DNA of 64,000 nt from an uncultured virus (IMG/VR IMGVR_UViG_3300025896_000027) (IMGVR_UViG_3300025896_000027), one strand, 5' to 3'; shown: positions 50,838-61,294, counted from the first letter of the stretch. Notes: generated by a model not told the origin, from the sequence alone. Numbers and translations are program-made.

Positions 50838-52982
50838 CTAAGGCTTCTTGGCAATCGCCTTTGCCACTGAGATCAGGATCGTGCTCATGATCTCGATCTC
50901 TTCCAACTTGTCTGGCATCTTGTCGTTCAGGCTCTTCACCCGTGACGAAACACCATCCATGTCGAATCCAGCATCCACTAGGATCATTGCGTAACGCAGG
51001 AGCATGTTGTTCCTGTTGCCGTCACCTGAGTTGTTGAGTACCCAACGCTCCAGGTTGTCCATGGCGTGTTGAGAGTTCATCAACTCCTTGCGTTCTTCGT
51101 TCTTGCTGGTCTTCGGAATGAAGGGCAAGGCATCGAAGATTTGGCCTTCGACATACTCGTAGTGGCCATTGTGAGAAAGCCACTTCTTGCAACGATGACC
51201 GCACTGCAAGTCCGCTTCGAATGGAAGCCACTCCAAGACGTTCTTGTAGAACTCCTTGTAGTCTTTCGCATCCAGCTTCAACTTGTAGTTGATGGGGATG
51301 AGGATTCGGAAACGGTTCTCAGCATCGGTGTGACGCTTCGTGGTGTAGTACATGGCCTTGTAATCAGCCAGGAGAAGCTTGGCAGTGCTCAGGCTCACCT
51401 TGCCATCCACGTCCACCACGATGAAGTTAAAGCCTTGTTGGGCGTTCTCTTCGTTGCGATGCCCACCAGCAAGATGGTGGTTGGTCCAGTGGTAGCCCAT
51501 GGTTTGGGTGAGCTTGTGCAGATCTTCGAACGCTGCGTACTCGCTCTGGTAGTCCTTGGCGATGTCGGTGCTGTAGCTGATCACCATCTTCGCCAGGTTG
51601 GTTTCCTCCAAGGTTTCACCCCTGTAGAACTCCACTCCATCGAGGTAGGACTTCTTGATGATGATGTTGTTCTTGTAGCCATAGGCAATGGCCAAGGTCA
51701 TCATCTCCTGCTTCTGTCCTGCTGCTCCACGGTAGAAGGGAAGATCCTCCACCAGATCAGCTTGAGTCACATCGCTCTTGACTGAGCCAAGGTACTTGGC
51801 CAGCTTCACGTAATGACGATCACGAGTCAGCAGACGGATGAAGGCTTCGCCTGATTCTTCCACCAGCTTGATGGCGTAGTACACATGCTGTTCGGTGACT
51901 TCTGGGGAGTCGTCCACGAACGCATAAGCACCAGCCAGCTTCAGCACCTTGAAGTAACGGTGGGAGTGTTCTGCCTTCTTGATCTCTTCGTGCTCAGGGT
52001 ATGTGTCAGCTTCCTTCTCACACTTGAGTCGATACTCGATCAACAGCAGACTGGTTGCCTTGGACATCACCAGACGCTTGTTGGTATTGATGATGTCGGC
52101 AAGGTTCTCCAATCGTGCAGCCAGCTCTTCCAGGTATTGATTGCTGGTTTGGTTGGTCAGCATCTCGTACACCTCTTCAGGTGACTGGTTCCTGGTGTTG
52201 TTGGAAGCACGGCTGTAGCCGAAGATGCATCGACGAGCGTAGCCAGTCTCCAGCATCGAATAGAGTTCTTCCTCCGTCTTGCCGCCGTTGAGCAGCTTGG
52301 CGGGTGTCCCGAAGAGCAGCATGTTGGTCGGCGTCCGACCCTCAATCTCTTCGTTACGAACGTTCTCTGATGTGTTCTTGATCAGCTTGGATTTGATCCG
52401 GCCCACGTCATAGAGTTCAAGGAAGGTGTTGAGCACTTCGACGTTACCGACGAGGTTGCTCCCGATCTCATCGATCTGAAGGTTGACCGATCCAGCATCT
52501 GCCATCAGCAGCTTGTGACGCATCTGCTTCACGGCTGCTGGGGTACCTGAGTCAAAGCTGAACACCAGGGAACCCAGTTGTTCAAACTCCTTCTGCACGC
52601 GAAGGATCTCTTCATCAGGATCAGTGCTCTTGCGATTGGCACGCTTCACAGCGAGCTTGGGCAAGTTCTGTTCTGCCAGCAGTGGGAAGGTTTCTTCCAG
52701 GAACTTCTGACGGAACAGGTGGATGACTTCATTCTCCATGATGTTCGTGGAGAAGCCCTTGCCTGATCCTGATGTGCTCAGGTTCAAGGCATACATATTC
52801 ACGGGGATGTCTCCACGATCATGTGTGGCGATGGATGCTCGCTGCATCGAAGCCACAAGGCTGAAGTAATAGCCCACCAGCACTCGGAAGAAGAGTGGGT
52901 TGGCATTCTGTGTTTTGCTACACAGGATCTCAACCAGCTTCTCTGAAGTGGGGTGATGGGCAATTTGGTCAAAGGACAGCAT
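50838..52982 (-). CDS. N4 gp43-like DNA primase (P-loop + primase + PriCT-like C-terminus)
   Basis: STSGSGKG, QIDEIG, VVDVDG, YTTKRH...RFR, GNRNNMLLRYA. Confidence 0.88.
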   Translation of the reverse strand: MLSFDQIAHHPTSEKLVEILCSKTQNANPLFFRVLVGYYFSLVASMQRASIATHDRGDIPVNMYALNLSTSGSGKGFSTNIMENEVIHLFRQKFLEETFPLLAEQNLPKLAVKRANRKSTDPDEEILRVQKEFEQLGSLVFSFDSGTPAAVKQMRHKLLMADAGSVNLQIDEIGSNLVGNVEVLNTFLELYDVGRIKSKLIKNTSENVRNEEIEGRTPTNMLLFGTPAKLLNGGKTEEELYSMLETGYARRCIFGYSRASNNTRNQSPEEVYEMLTNQTSNQYLEELAARLENLADIINTNKRLVMSKATSLLLIEYRLKCEKEADTYPEHEEIKKAEHSHRYFKVLKLAGAYAFVDDSPEVTEQHVYYAIKLVEESGEAFIRLLTRDRHYVKLAKYLGSVKSDVTQADLVEDLPFYRGAAGQKQEMMTLAIAYGYKNNIIIKKSYLDGVEFYRGETLEETNLAKMVISYSTDIAKDYQSEYAAFEDLHKLTQTMGYHWTNHHLAGGHRNEENAQQGFNFIVVDVDGKVSLSTAKLLLADYKAMYYTTKRHTDAENRFRILIPINYKLKLDAKDYKEFYKNVLEWLPFEADLQCGHRCKKWLSHNGHYEYVEGQIFDALPFIPKTSKNEERKELMNSQHAMDNLERWVLNNSGDGNRNNMLLRYAMILVDAGFDMDGVSSRVKSLNDKMPDKLEEIEIMSTILISVAKAIAKKP

Positions 52983-52992
52983 GGTTTTCCTT

Positions 52993-53976
52993 TCAGGTCA
53001 TGATCAGATCGCCAGAAGCGATCAGTTGGTCTTTTTGGCTGCACACAGGGAAGGCTTGGCAATACTTGCAAGCCATGACCTGTCCAGGCACTTCCTTGAC
53101 GATGCCTACATTGCCGTCCTCTGAAAGACGGATGTAAGCCTCTTGCTTGATGTCGAAGTTCTTGGTGCTGCGAGCTGTCTTCTGGGGGTTCTTGTAGTAC
53201 TTCCAGATAGGCTCGGATCGCCAGAGTTCTTCGTCTGAGCAAGGAGGAAGCTCGTTCTCAGGGGCATCCCAGTAGCGTTCGATGGCCTCAAGCTTTCGTT
53301 TGATGAACGCTTCAGTTTCAGGCAGCGACTTCAGTTGGAAGATCTGCTGCTGGAACCGTTGCTGGGGGTAGTTGGGGTTGGATGAAGCCTGGGCCTTGGA
53401 CCAGTCCGTGAAGATGAACTGGATGGCCATCTCATCCTTGGTGATTTTTTCTGGCTGCAACCACCGATAGATGCTTCCCTGCCATGCATATTTATCGTTG
53501 TTGGTTTGGTTCATGTAGGTGTAGGTCGAGGTGGACTTGAAGTCCTCCACACGACCATCCCCGATGAAGTCAAACTTCCCGGAGATCTTGAACTTGCCCG
53601 CCTGACGGTAGGCACGTTGCTCCAGGTAGATAGGGATGCAGCCATCAGTGAGTTCTTCTGGCTTGGGGTTGATGAGCACCTTCTTGATGACGCCGTTCGG
53701 TAGGCCAAGATCGGCCATTGCTCGGGCATAGTTGGTCTTCCAGGCTCGCTCGATGCCATCATGGATGGCTGTGCCCAGACGGCTGGACATCATCTGAGCC
53801 AGGTCGATGACCGCATCCTCAACAGGTACGCGGGCACTGAGAACAAGCTGACGCAGAGGCTTCAGCAGTGCCGTGGCAGAGATGCAATTGGGGTCATCGT
53901 TGTAATCGTAGGAGTCGGTGGCTAGAAATACAGCCAGCGACAGAGGCACCGATGAGGTGTTGCCGTACTTGGACAT
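52993..53976 (-). CDS. PD-(D/E)xK, Cas4-like exonuclease (N4 gp42-like)
   Basis: ISATALLKP, GTAIHD, E.R...ISGKFD...VEDFKST, QGSIY, C-terminal CKYC....C. Confidence 0.85.
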   Translation of the reverse strand: MSKYGNTSSVPLSLAVFLATDSYDYNDDPNCISATALLKPLRQLVLSARVPVEDAVIDLAQMMSSRLGTAIHDGIERAWKTNYARAMADLGLPNGVIKKVLINPKPEELTDGCIPIYLEQRAYRQAGKFKISGKFDFIGDGRVEDFKSTSTYTYMNQTNNDKYAWQGSIYRWLQPEKITKDEMAIQFIFTDWSKAQASSNPNYPQQRFQQQIFQLKSLPETEAFIKRKLEAIERYWDAPENELPPCSDEELWRSEPIWKYYKNPQKTARSTKNFDIKQEAYIRLSEDGNVGIVKEVPGQVMACKYCQAFPVCSQKDQLIASGDLIMT

Positions 53977-54014
53977 AGGAAACCTTTTTGGATGGATCGA
54001 AGAGGGCGTAGGGA

Positions 54015-54368
54015 CTACGCCTCAGGATTGAGCTGGAGCCAGCGATTCAGGGTGTCGCGGGCTTCTTTGATGTCCTTGAACTTGGACTTACCGCCTGTGC
54101 GTACACCGGATAGGAGCAGCTTCTTGCTTGCATGTTGAATGGCCCCTGAGGGGTCTTGGATGTCAAAGAGTTGATGCACTGCATAGACATCGATCTCATC
54201 CACGTCAGCCACTGACTTGTAGTACTGCGGGTACTTACTGGCCAGGGTTTGTTCTTGTGAAGGTGTTCTGGCCGGAATCTTCAATGAGAACTTTTGAATG
54301 CACTGATCGCAGAACTCGCTTTCAGGCGTCCTCTTTTGTGTGCAGTTTTGTGTACGACAGAATTCCAT
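54015..54368 (-). CDS. hypothetical protein: N-terminal Cys cluster plus conserved phage domain
   Basis: CRTQNC...FCDQC; IDVYAV..LF...DP..AIQHA.KKLL..G.R.GGK. Confidence 0.7.
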   Translation of the reverse strand: MEFCRTQNCTQKRTPESEFCDQCIQKFSLKIPARTPSQEQTLASKYPQYYKSVADVDEIDVYAVHQLFDIQDPSGAIQHASKKLLLSGVRTGGKSKFKDIKEARDTLNRWLQLNPEA

Positions 54369-54435
54369 AACGGGGTCTTTCAGTTGAGTTGACTCTCTTG
54401 GATAAGAAAGCTGAGTTGAATCAGCTCACTTATCA

Positions 54436-54461
54436 AAGAGACTCCCGGAGGGGAGCCTCTT
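54436..54461 (-). terminator. stem-loop/terminator after nrdJ
   Basis: AAAGAGACTCCC-GGA-GGGGAGCCTCTT. Confidence 0.55.
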
Positions 54462-54469
54462 CTACTCAC

Positions 54470-56416
54470 TTAGAGAATTTCGCAAACTCCAGCACTACAG
54501 GCAAGTTCTCGCACACTGACAGTTTCATCAGTACGTTCGAAGTCACTCAAGGCTTGCCAGTTGAAAGCAGGCATCGTGGCCAGGACAGCCTCGTACTCTT
54601 CCTTCGTACATTCGGTGTATGGGGCTTGCTTATAACTGTGATTACTGTGAGGTAAGAAGCTCACACCACCCAGTTGATCGAAGTTCCGATACACCCAATC
54701 ACCCACACCCAGCCACTCGTGATCCTTCACATAGATCGTGACGGAGACGTTGTGTTCACACCAGTTGGTTTGTACCATCAGGTAATGCTCCAACTGCTCC
54801 ATGGCTGATCGGTCATTGCGAAACACTGCATGTTCCGGACCAGCTACTGGGAAGCTGAAGACATCGGTGGTTGCACCTTTCAAGTAGCAGTCCTCGACAG
54901 GGAATCCTTGCTGACGCATGAGCTGTGCCAGGGGATCCTTCTTGTCGGCACGTACCGTCCGGATGTAATGCTGGGCATACCGTGGATGAATGCCACTGGC
55001 ACTGTCCACAAGCTGGCTCACCGTTCCCGAAGGCTTCACCGTAGTGATAGCCGTAGACTGGTTGATGCCCAGCTTCTTAGCCCACTTGGCATTGACAGCA
55101 ATGGCGTGAGCCTTCATCTCCCGAAGCCATGAAGCTGCTTCCTCATTGGTTTGAGACAGGATCGGGTGATCCATGATCCCAGTGAGGGACACACCCAGCA
55201 GGCGCTCTTCTTCCTGGTTCTTCGCCCAGATCTTTCGCACGTAGCGGAAGTCGGTCAACATGGATTGGTAGGTGCCCATGATGGTGGCGACACGAACCTT
55301 GTCCTTCAGATCGTCCAGGGTGTCGGTGTGACGAATGACAACTTCAGAGAGGTTGCACAGCCCTGCTGAGCGAAGCGTGATCTCGGCACAGGGGTTGGTA
55401 CCTACGATCTTTGTGGGATCCCTGCGGCCACTGTCCACGGCCTTCTGGATGGCTGCTGATCGATTGAACACACCACGTTCACCAGATTTGGATTCCACAA
55501 GTGAAAGCCATTCCTTCATGAACACTTCCATCTCTGGACGTTCGGTGTATGCAGCCGAGTTGTTGGCCAGGGCACGCTGAGGCTCGCCCACCCACCATTG
55601 GCCGCTCTTGGCAGCACGCATGCGGTCATCGCTGGGGTTGCTCAGACTGATCAGAGCACTGCGGCGAACGCCTCCCACCACCACGATGTCTGCCACCTTG
55701 CAAACCAAGTCATGGCATTCAATGCTGGTGAGCTTTCGACCCACTGCATTCTTGAAGGTTTCAACGGTGAACTTGAAGAGGTCATCCAATGGTTGAGGGC
55801 CACTGGCACGGCCACCGAACACCTTGAGCTTTTCACCGGCTGGCCGGATCTTGGACATATCCCAGGATGGGATGTGGCCTGCGTACAGGTGATCGATCAA
55901 CTCACGGAAACTGCCTGCCCAACCACCCTTGCTGTCACGCACTACGATGGTGTGATCAATGGCTGTGAGGGCATCGACAACGCCTACCGTGGGCTTGTTG
56001 TCCTCACCAGCCAATACGGTGGCACCAACAACCGGCAGCTTGTTGACGAACTGCCGTTCGACACTGAAGCCAACGCCAGTACCACACATCAGGATGTAAA
56101 GGATTTCATCGAAAGCTCGGGTGTTGTCAACGGCTACGAACGAACAGTTGAAGCCAGCCATCGGATCACGTTCCAGTGCAGGGCCTGCGGTCATCAGGGC
56201 ACGCATGGAAGGCATGGTCTTCAGGGCCAGGATGTGCTGGTAGACCTCATTGGATGGGTAGTGAGGGAACTTCTGGGCGAAGTAGTCAACGTAGCGTTTG
56301 ACCGTTTCTGGCCAAGTTTCACGTCGCTGTTCGCTATCGACCCATCGAGCGTATCGGCTCTTGTGGACGAATTCCTGAAGTGGTGTGGGGAGATGGGCTA
56401 CTTTGGAATGAGGCAT
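54470..56416 (-). CDS. nrdJ: class II (adenosylcobalamin-dependent) ribonucleotide reductase
   Basis: SRYARW, MPSMRAL, FNCSF, GGVRRSALI, TNPCAEI, CNLSEV, VKPSGTVSQL, C-terminal C.AG.CE; no beta-subunit gene nearby. Confidence 0.93.
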   Translation of the reverse strand: MPHSKVAHLPTPLQEFVHKSRYARWVDSEQRRETWPETVKRYVDYFAQKFPHYPSNEVYQHILALKTMPSMRALMTAGPALERDPMAGFNCSFVAVDNTRAFDEILYILMCGTGVGFSVERQFVNKLPVVGATVLAGEDNKPTVGVVDALTAIDHTIVVRDSKGGWAGSFRELIDHLYAGHIPSWDMSKIRPAGEKLKVFGGRASGPQPLDDLFKFTVETFKNAVGRKLTSIECHDLVCKVADIVVVGGVRRSALISLSNPSDDRMRAAKSGQWWVGEPQRALANNSAAYTERPEMEVFMKEWLSLVESKSGERGVFNRSAAIQKAVDSGRRDPTKIVGTNPCAEITLRSAGLCNLSEVVIRHTDTLDDLKDKVRVATIMGTYQSMLTDFRYVRKIWAKNQEEERLLGVSLTGIMDHPILSQTNEEAASWLREMKAHAIAVNAKWAKKLGINQSTAITTVKPSGTVSQLVDSASGIHPRYAQHYIRTVRADKKDPLAQLMRQQGFPVEDCYLKGATTDVFSFPVAGPEHAVFRNDRSAMEQLEHYLMVQTNWCEHNVSVTIYVKDHEWLGVGDWVYRNFDQLGGVSFLPHSNHSYKQAPYTECTKEEYEAVLATMPAFNWQALSDFERTDETVSVRELACSAGVCEIL

Positions 56417-56446
56417 TACAGCTCTGCTTTCTGGTTTCCTGAGGAC

Positions 56447-56490
56447 AAAAAAAGAGCCAAGCTCTCCAGGAAGGTGAAAGCTTTGGCTCT
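56447..56490 (-). terminator. intrinsic terminator after thyX
   Basis: Minus strand AGAGCCAAAGCT...AGCTTGGCTCTTTTTTT. Confidence 0.75.
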
Positions 56491-56556
56491 GTAAAACCTC
56501 GCAATGGATGTTTTACTTCAACCAAAAGCCAGGAAGGCTTCTGGTTTTCACTCGGA

Positions 56557-57294
56557 TCAGTAGGCACCCTTGGTCAATGCAGCCCAGCTCACAGGAAAGA
56601 GGGGTGCAATGATGGCGTCGATTTCAGCCGCCAAAAGTTGGATCTCCATTTGAGCATGAGAATCGGTGCGTTGATTCACCATGTTCGAAAAAGCGTAGAG
56701 AGAGCCTGTCCACACCCAGTTCACTTCACAGCCTTGAGGTAGGACGAAGCGGGCTTGTTCTGGGCAGATGTCAGAAGCAACCATCTCTTCATAGAGTTGT
56801 ACGGCCTTGCGAACAGACATTTCATACTCTGTGAGCCAGAACTCCGATTGAGGGTGGATGTCCCCACTACCCTGCTTGACGTTCGCAGCTTTGGCTCTCA
56901 AGTACGGTGGAATGAATACTTCTGGCTTTGAAGAGATGTAGCGTCGAGACTCTTCTGACTCCACGAAGCCAATCTTATGCTTAAAACACTGCACTCTGAT
57001 TGGGATTGGGGCTTGCATACGCAGAGTGATTTGAGGATGCCCGAATGGCACCCAGTGCTCTGGAATGTTACGCATGTACACAGCCATATCATGGGCTGCT
57101 TGTTTAGTATCCAAATGCTGTAGCCCGGCAATCAGAGTTTCCCAGTCACCTGATTGCATACCTCTGGCAAGGAAGCGAATCAGATTGTTGTTCTGTTCTT
57201 CTGAGAAATTCTCAGCCAGCTTGGCAAAAGATTGCCTAGCATAGTTCGCAACATCCTTATCGGTGAGATAATGATTTTCGTAGATAGCTTTCAT
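56557..57294 (-). CDS. thyX: flavin-dependent thymidylate synthase
   Basis: VANYARQSF, HWVPFGH, FKHKIGFVESEESRRY, PEQARFVLP, WTGSL, HAQMEI. Confidence 0.93.
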   Translation of the reverse strand: MKAIYENHYLTDKDVANYARQSFAKLAENFSEEQNNNLIRFLARGMQSGDWETLIAGLQHLDTKQAAHDMAVYMRNIPEHWVPFGHPQITLRMQAPIPIRVQCFKHKIGFVESEESRRYISSKPEVFIPPYLRAKAANVKQGSGDIHPQSEFWLTEYEMSVRKAVQLYEEMVASDICPEQARFVLPQGCEVNWVWTGSLYAFSNMVNQRTDSHAQMEIQLLAAEIDAIIAPLFPVSWAALTKGAY

Positions 57295-57343
57295 TGGTTT
57301 CTTTCAGTTGGTGAGGGAAATCCGCTTACTTAGAGGGTGACTT

Positions 57344-60300
57344 ATGTCTGGTACGTGCGGAACTGGTGGATGGGGCGGCCCGTTACCGGGGGATCCCGAT
57401 AACAACTCCATCCTGACGGTGACTCCTGCCTTTGGCGGGATTGATGTTTCCTGGACCTATCCGACAACCAATCCGTTCGCTGTAGCTCACACGGTTGTTT
57501 ATCGTGGGCTAACTGACGATCCATTGGGTGCCACGATTCGGTCGATCACTGGTGGTGATCTGTTCTATGACAAGACAGACAATGAACTGTCTATCGAGTA
57601 CTTCTATTGGATTAAGCACGTCTCGATCAATGGCACTCAGGGTGAAATGATCGGGCCTGCTTCGGCCATTGCCCGTCCTACCATCGAACAAACGATGGAG
57701 ATGCTGGCCAACCGAATCGACACAGGAATGCTGGGTACTGCTTTGAAAGCAGACCTTGGAAAAATTACTTTGTTGGAGGGCTCTCTTTCTGAAGAAGTGG
57801 TTGCTCGTATCGCTTCACGAGATGAGCTGATCGTCGCAGTGGGTAACCTTCAAGGCACCATTAATGAAGCCATCACGCTTGTAGAGACTGAGGTCGTAGA
57901 ACGTACCAGCGATTCAGAAGCATTTGCTGCTTCTTTGAACTTGGTTGTTACTGGTTTGGGAGATTCCATTGCTGCTGTGGCAGTTGAGATGGAAGCCCTG
58001 AGCACTGACACCGCTGCTATTACATCCTGGCAAGCGGTGACGGAGGCCACCCTGAACGGTGATGTGGCCTTGGGGGAGATCGGTCTTGTTGCCAAGGTTG
58101 AGGAACAGGCTGACAAGACAACTGCCATCGGTGCCCTTTACACGGCCAAGCTTTCAGTCAATGGTTTGATTGGTGGCTTTGGTGTCTACAACGATGGGAC
58201 GCTTGTTGAAGCTGGTTTCGATGTAGACAACTTCTGGGTTGGTAGGACTGGCCCTGACAAGGTGAAGCCATTTGTTATTGAGGGCGGTGAAGTCTTCATG
58301 GACGAAGCTGTCATCAACAAGCTGACCTTCAACAAGCTCAGGTCTGCAGACGGTAATGTCATTGTTGAGGATGGCAAGATCAAAGCCGAGTTTCTGACTC
58401 TGGAAGGTCTTGAAGTTGTTGATGAGTTGGGCAACGTCATCTTGGGTGCTGGGGTAGATCTGGACTGGTCACGTATTGGTGGGTCCAATAAGCCAGCCGA
58501 TGGAGCGACTCGTAACGTAGCCAGAGGTCTTTGGACTTCAGGCACGTTGTACCTTCCTGGAGATTCAGTATTCGAGGCGGGTTACGGCTGGTCTTGCATC
58601 TTCGAACATACCTCTTCCGGTGTGGTGACTCCACCTACTTATCCGGTGACGGAGAACACCTACTGGGTGCTTCAAACTATTGGCGGTGCTGACGGTGCCA
58701 ACGGTAGTCGTACTGCCATCTTGGACATGTACCAGTGGGCTGCTGCTGCACCCACGACATTCCCGGTAGGCACCTCAACATACACATGGGCAACGGGGCA
58801 ATTCACTGCACCCAGCACATTGAATGGCTGGTCCTTGACGCCTTCTGCTGCTGTAGCAGGGCAGACCTTGTGGACCTGTCGTACAGTGTTTGTGGATTCG
58901 CTGACCTCAGCTACTAGCTCGGTAACCTGGGCTGCTACTGTAGCCCGTGCTCAAGGTGCTGCCGGTACTCCAGGCAGTCCAGGTAGTCCGGGTACTGATG
59001 GGGCCAATGGAGCCCGCACAGCGGTTCTGGAGCTGTACAGGTGGGCTGCTGGTACCCCGGTGACTTTCCCATCGGGGTCGTCTACCTACACCTGGAATAC
59101 AGGCGCTTTTACTGCACCAGCAACCCTGAATGGTTGGAGTCTGACTCCCGGTGCTGCGGTGGCTGGACAAACTCTTTGGGGATGCAGCGTCAACTATGTA
59201 GACACAGGTACGTCAGCTACTTCAGCAGTTGCTTGGAGTACTGCCACGGCATATGCCTTGGGTGCTGCAGGTACGAATGGTGCCAATACTATTCTTGGCT
59301 TGTTGTCTAATGAAGTACACACGATACCTACTGCCGCAGATGGCAGCGGTGGTGTATTCACTGGGGCTAACACAACCCTAACCATCTATAACGGTGCTAC
59401 GGATGATTCTGCAAACTGGACTTTTTCAGTTACCAAAGTCAATGTGATTTGTACGGAGAGTTCAACTAGCCGTACTCAAACAGTGACTGCGATGTCTGCA
59501 GATACCGGGTACGTGGAATTCACTGCATCACGAGCTGGCTATGTCAATATCGTGAAACGTTTTACTCTGACTAAGAGTAAGGCAGGGATTGCTGGCAGCA
59601 ATGGTCTTGATGGGATAGACGGGGATACGGGTCCAATGGGGCCTGCTGTTCAGATTACCTCCAATCGTGCTTCAACCTTTACAGCAACGGATGGAACACT
59701 GGATATTGGTCAGTCAATCATCACGTTCACTGCTAATACCAGTGGCTTGACGTTGCCTACCTATGTATGGACATTCTCTGGTTTTGAGATTACACCTACC
59801 AACTTTGGGGTAGCCAATCAATCGGTATCTGCTGCTCAGTTTGGCACGGCTAAATCTGCCACGGTAACCTGTACGGTCAATGGCACCTATACAGATGTCA
59901 TTACGATTGTTCGTCTGGAGAAGAGTACTGCTCAAGCTGGGGCTACGGTAGGTGCTCCTGCTGGTACCAATGTGGGCGGGGTACCTGTAGAGACTCTGGT
60001 GGCATCGGTAAGTGCTGCCACTACTGCTCTGACAAATAAGCTAAACAAAACAGGAGATACGATCACTGGTCGAATTTCGCTAGGTGTTGCTGATGGCTTG
60101 TTTGTTGGTACGGATACCAACAACGGTGTCTATATGGGCAGTGGGGGCTTGGTATCTAAGAAAGCCGGGGTGACTAAGTTTGTGTTGTCCCCTACAGGGG
60201 ATGCCTTGTTTGCCGGTTCATTGGATGCAGCATCTGGGACATTTGCAGGAACGCTGACGGCGGCGGCGATTGAGGCCGTTGATTCGGTAAATATCAGGAA

Positions 60301-60700
60301 TAATGCCGTGGTCATTCCTGTTGCTGCAGAATGGGCAGGCACCCTCAATAATAATTTCGGCTATGTCACAGGAACAGCATCTGTTGATAGTCGCGGCGGT
60401 GCCGTATCTATTACATGCTCCGTAACGATGAATGTGATGGGCACGAATACAGGCCCCGTCAATATCCATATATTCAGAGACGGCTATCCTGTCAAGGTTA
60501 TTTCTTTTGGCGACGCCCCCCGTGGTGCTAATACATTTGGAGTTGGGAAAAAAAGCACAGTTACTGGGGTATTTATTGACAACCCAGGCTCAGGCCCGCA
60601 CAGCTATCAAATAGGCGGGACCATTTCTGACGCGAGCCTTTTCACGATAACTAAGGCTGTTATTTGTTGTGTTGTCGCCGTCAAGCTCGGCCCTATTTAA
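57344..60700 (+). CDS. tail fibre / host-specificity protein (1118 aa)
   Basis: Fibronectin-like N-terminus (YFYWIKHVSING), coiled coil, DUF1983-like FDVDNFWVG..PFVI, CBM-like module, GxxGxx linkers, duplicated beta modules; followed by a chaperone gene. Confidence 0.85.
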   Translation: MSGTCGTGGWGGPLPGDPDNNSILTVTPAFGGIDVSWTYPTTNPFAVAHTVVYRGLTDDPLGATIRSITGGDLFYDKTDNELSIEYFYWIKHVSINGTQGEMIGPASAIARPTIEQTMEMLANRIDTGMLGTALKADLGKITLLEGSLSEEVVARIASRDELIVAVGNLQGTINEAITLVETEVVERTSDSEAFAASLNLVVTGLGDSIAAVAVEMEALSTDTAAITSWQAVTEATLNGDVALGEIGLVAKVEEQADKTTAIGALYTAKLSVNGLIGGFGVYNDGTLVEAGFDVDNFWVGRTGPDKVKPFVIEGGEVFMDEAVINKLTFNKLRSADGNVIVEDGKIKAEFLTLEGLEVVDELGNVILGAGVDLDWSRIGGSNKPADGATRNVARGLWTSGTLYLPGDSVFEAGYGWSCIFEHTSSGVVTPPTYPVTENTYWVLQTIGGADGANGSRTAILDMYQWAAAAPTTFPVGTSTYTWATGQFTAPSTLNGWSLTPSAAVAGQTLWTCRTVFVDSLTSATSSVTWAATVARAQGAAGTPGSPGSPGTDGANGARTAVLELYRWAAGTPVTFPSGSSTYTWNTGAFTAPATLNGWSLTPGAAVAGQTLWGCSVNYVDTGTSATSAVAWSTATAYALGAAGTNGANTILGLLSNEVHTIPTAADGSGGVFTGANTTLTIYNGATDDSANWTFSVTKVNVICTESSTSRTQTVTAMSADTGYVEFTASRAGYVNIVKRFTLTKSKAGIAGSNGLDGIDGDTGPMGPAVQITSNRASTFTATDGTLDIGQSIITFTANTSGLTLPTYVWTFSGFEITPTNFGVANQSVSAAQFGTAKSATVTCTVNGTYTDVITIVRLEKSTAQAGATVGAPAGTNVGGVPVETLVASVSAATTALTNKLNKTGDTITGRISLGVADGLFVGTDTNNGVYMGSGGLVSKKAGVTKFVLSPTGDALFAGSLDAASGTFAGTLTAAAIEAVDSVNIRNNAVVIPVAAEWAGTLNNNFGYVTGTASVDSRGGAVSITCSVTMNVMGTNTGPVNIHIFRDGYPVKVISFGDAPRGANTFGVGKKSTVTGVFIDNPGSGPHSYQIGGTISDASLFTITKAVICCVVAVKLGPI
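58685..59290 (+). repeat. internal tandem domain duplication (~102-aa period) in the tail fibre
   Basis: GANGSRTAILDMYQWAA..P.TFP.G.STYTW.TG.FTAP.TLNGWSLTP.AAVAGQTLW.C occurs from 58685 and again from 58991. Confidence 0.9.
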
Positions 60701-60709
60701 AAAAACATC

Positions 60710-61294
60710 ATGATCAAAGTTTGCTACTTCACCCAAGCCGACGGACAGGTGTTTTCAGCCCTCACCGGCCCGTCGCTGGAGGGTATGCCAGAGGCACCGC
60801 CCGGTCAGCTTGCAACCCTCACAGATTACAGCGGCCCTCTACCGGCCTACTGGAATGGTGAATCGGTCCAAGCAATCCCAGATCAGCCCTCCACTGCACA
60901 TGTCTGGAACTGGGCCACCAAGCAGTGGATACACAGCCTGACTGAAGCCAGGGTTCAAGCATGGGACCGTATCAAGGCATCCAGGGATGCTGCTGAGTTC
61001 GGCACTTTCACCTGGAATGGTCATGTCTTTGATGGTGATTCAGAGAGTCAACGAAGGATCCAAGGTGCTGCTCAATTGGCTATTCTGGCTCAAGCCATGG
61101 GACAGCCTTTCAGCATTGATTGGACATTAGCGAACAACGCCCAAGTAGCACTGTCTGCTTCTGACATGGTGGGTGTAGGTAGTGCATTGGGGCAGAAGGT
61201 AAGTTCTGTACATGGCACTGCCAGAGGTCTTCGTGAGGTTATTCAAGAAGCACTCACTCAGAATCAACTGGATGCAATCCAGTGGCCTAGTTAA
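60710..61294 (+). CDS. tail fibre assembly protein (DUF4376-like)
   Basis: P.QPS..HVWNW..K.W; W..IK..RD..E...F.W.G..FD.D..SQ.RI; WTLANN. Confidence 0.82.
   Translation: MIKVCYFTQADGQVFSALTGPSLEGMPEAPPGQLATLTDYSGPLPAYWNGESVQAIPDQPSTAHVWNWATKQWIHSLTEARVQAWDRIKASRDAAEFGTFTWNGHVFDGDSESQRRIQGAAQLAILAQAMGQPFSIDWTLANNAQVALSASDMVGVGSALGQKVSSVHGTARGLREVIQEALTQNQLDAIQWPS

Noticed and set aside
52993..53976. Cas4-like gene as part of a CRISPR system
   Set aside because: It is the standalone core N4-like exonuclease in the replication module; no other cas genes or arrays are present
55960..56040. Short extra segment in NrdJ (VGATVLAGEDNKPTVGVVDALT) as a possible intein
   Set aside because: Far too short and lacks splicing residues; probably a loop insertion
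58685..59290. Tail-fibre repeat pair as a diversity-generating retroelement TR/VR
   Set aside because: Both copies are in-frame coding, the differences are not adenine-specific, and there is no reverse transcriptase in the window
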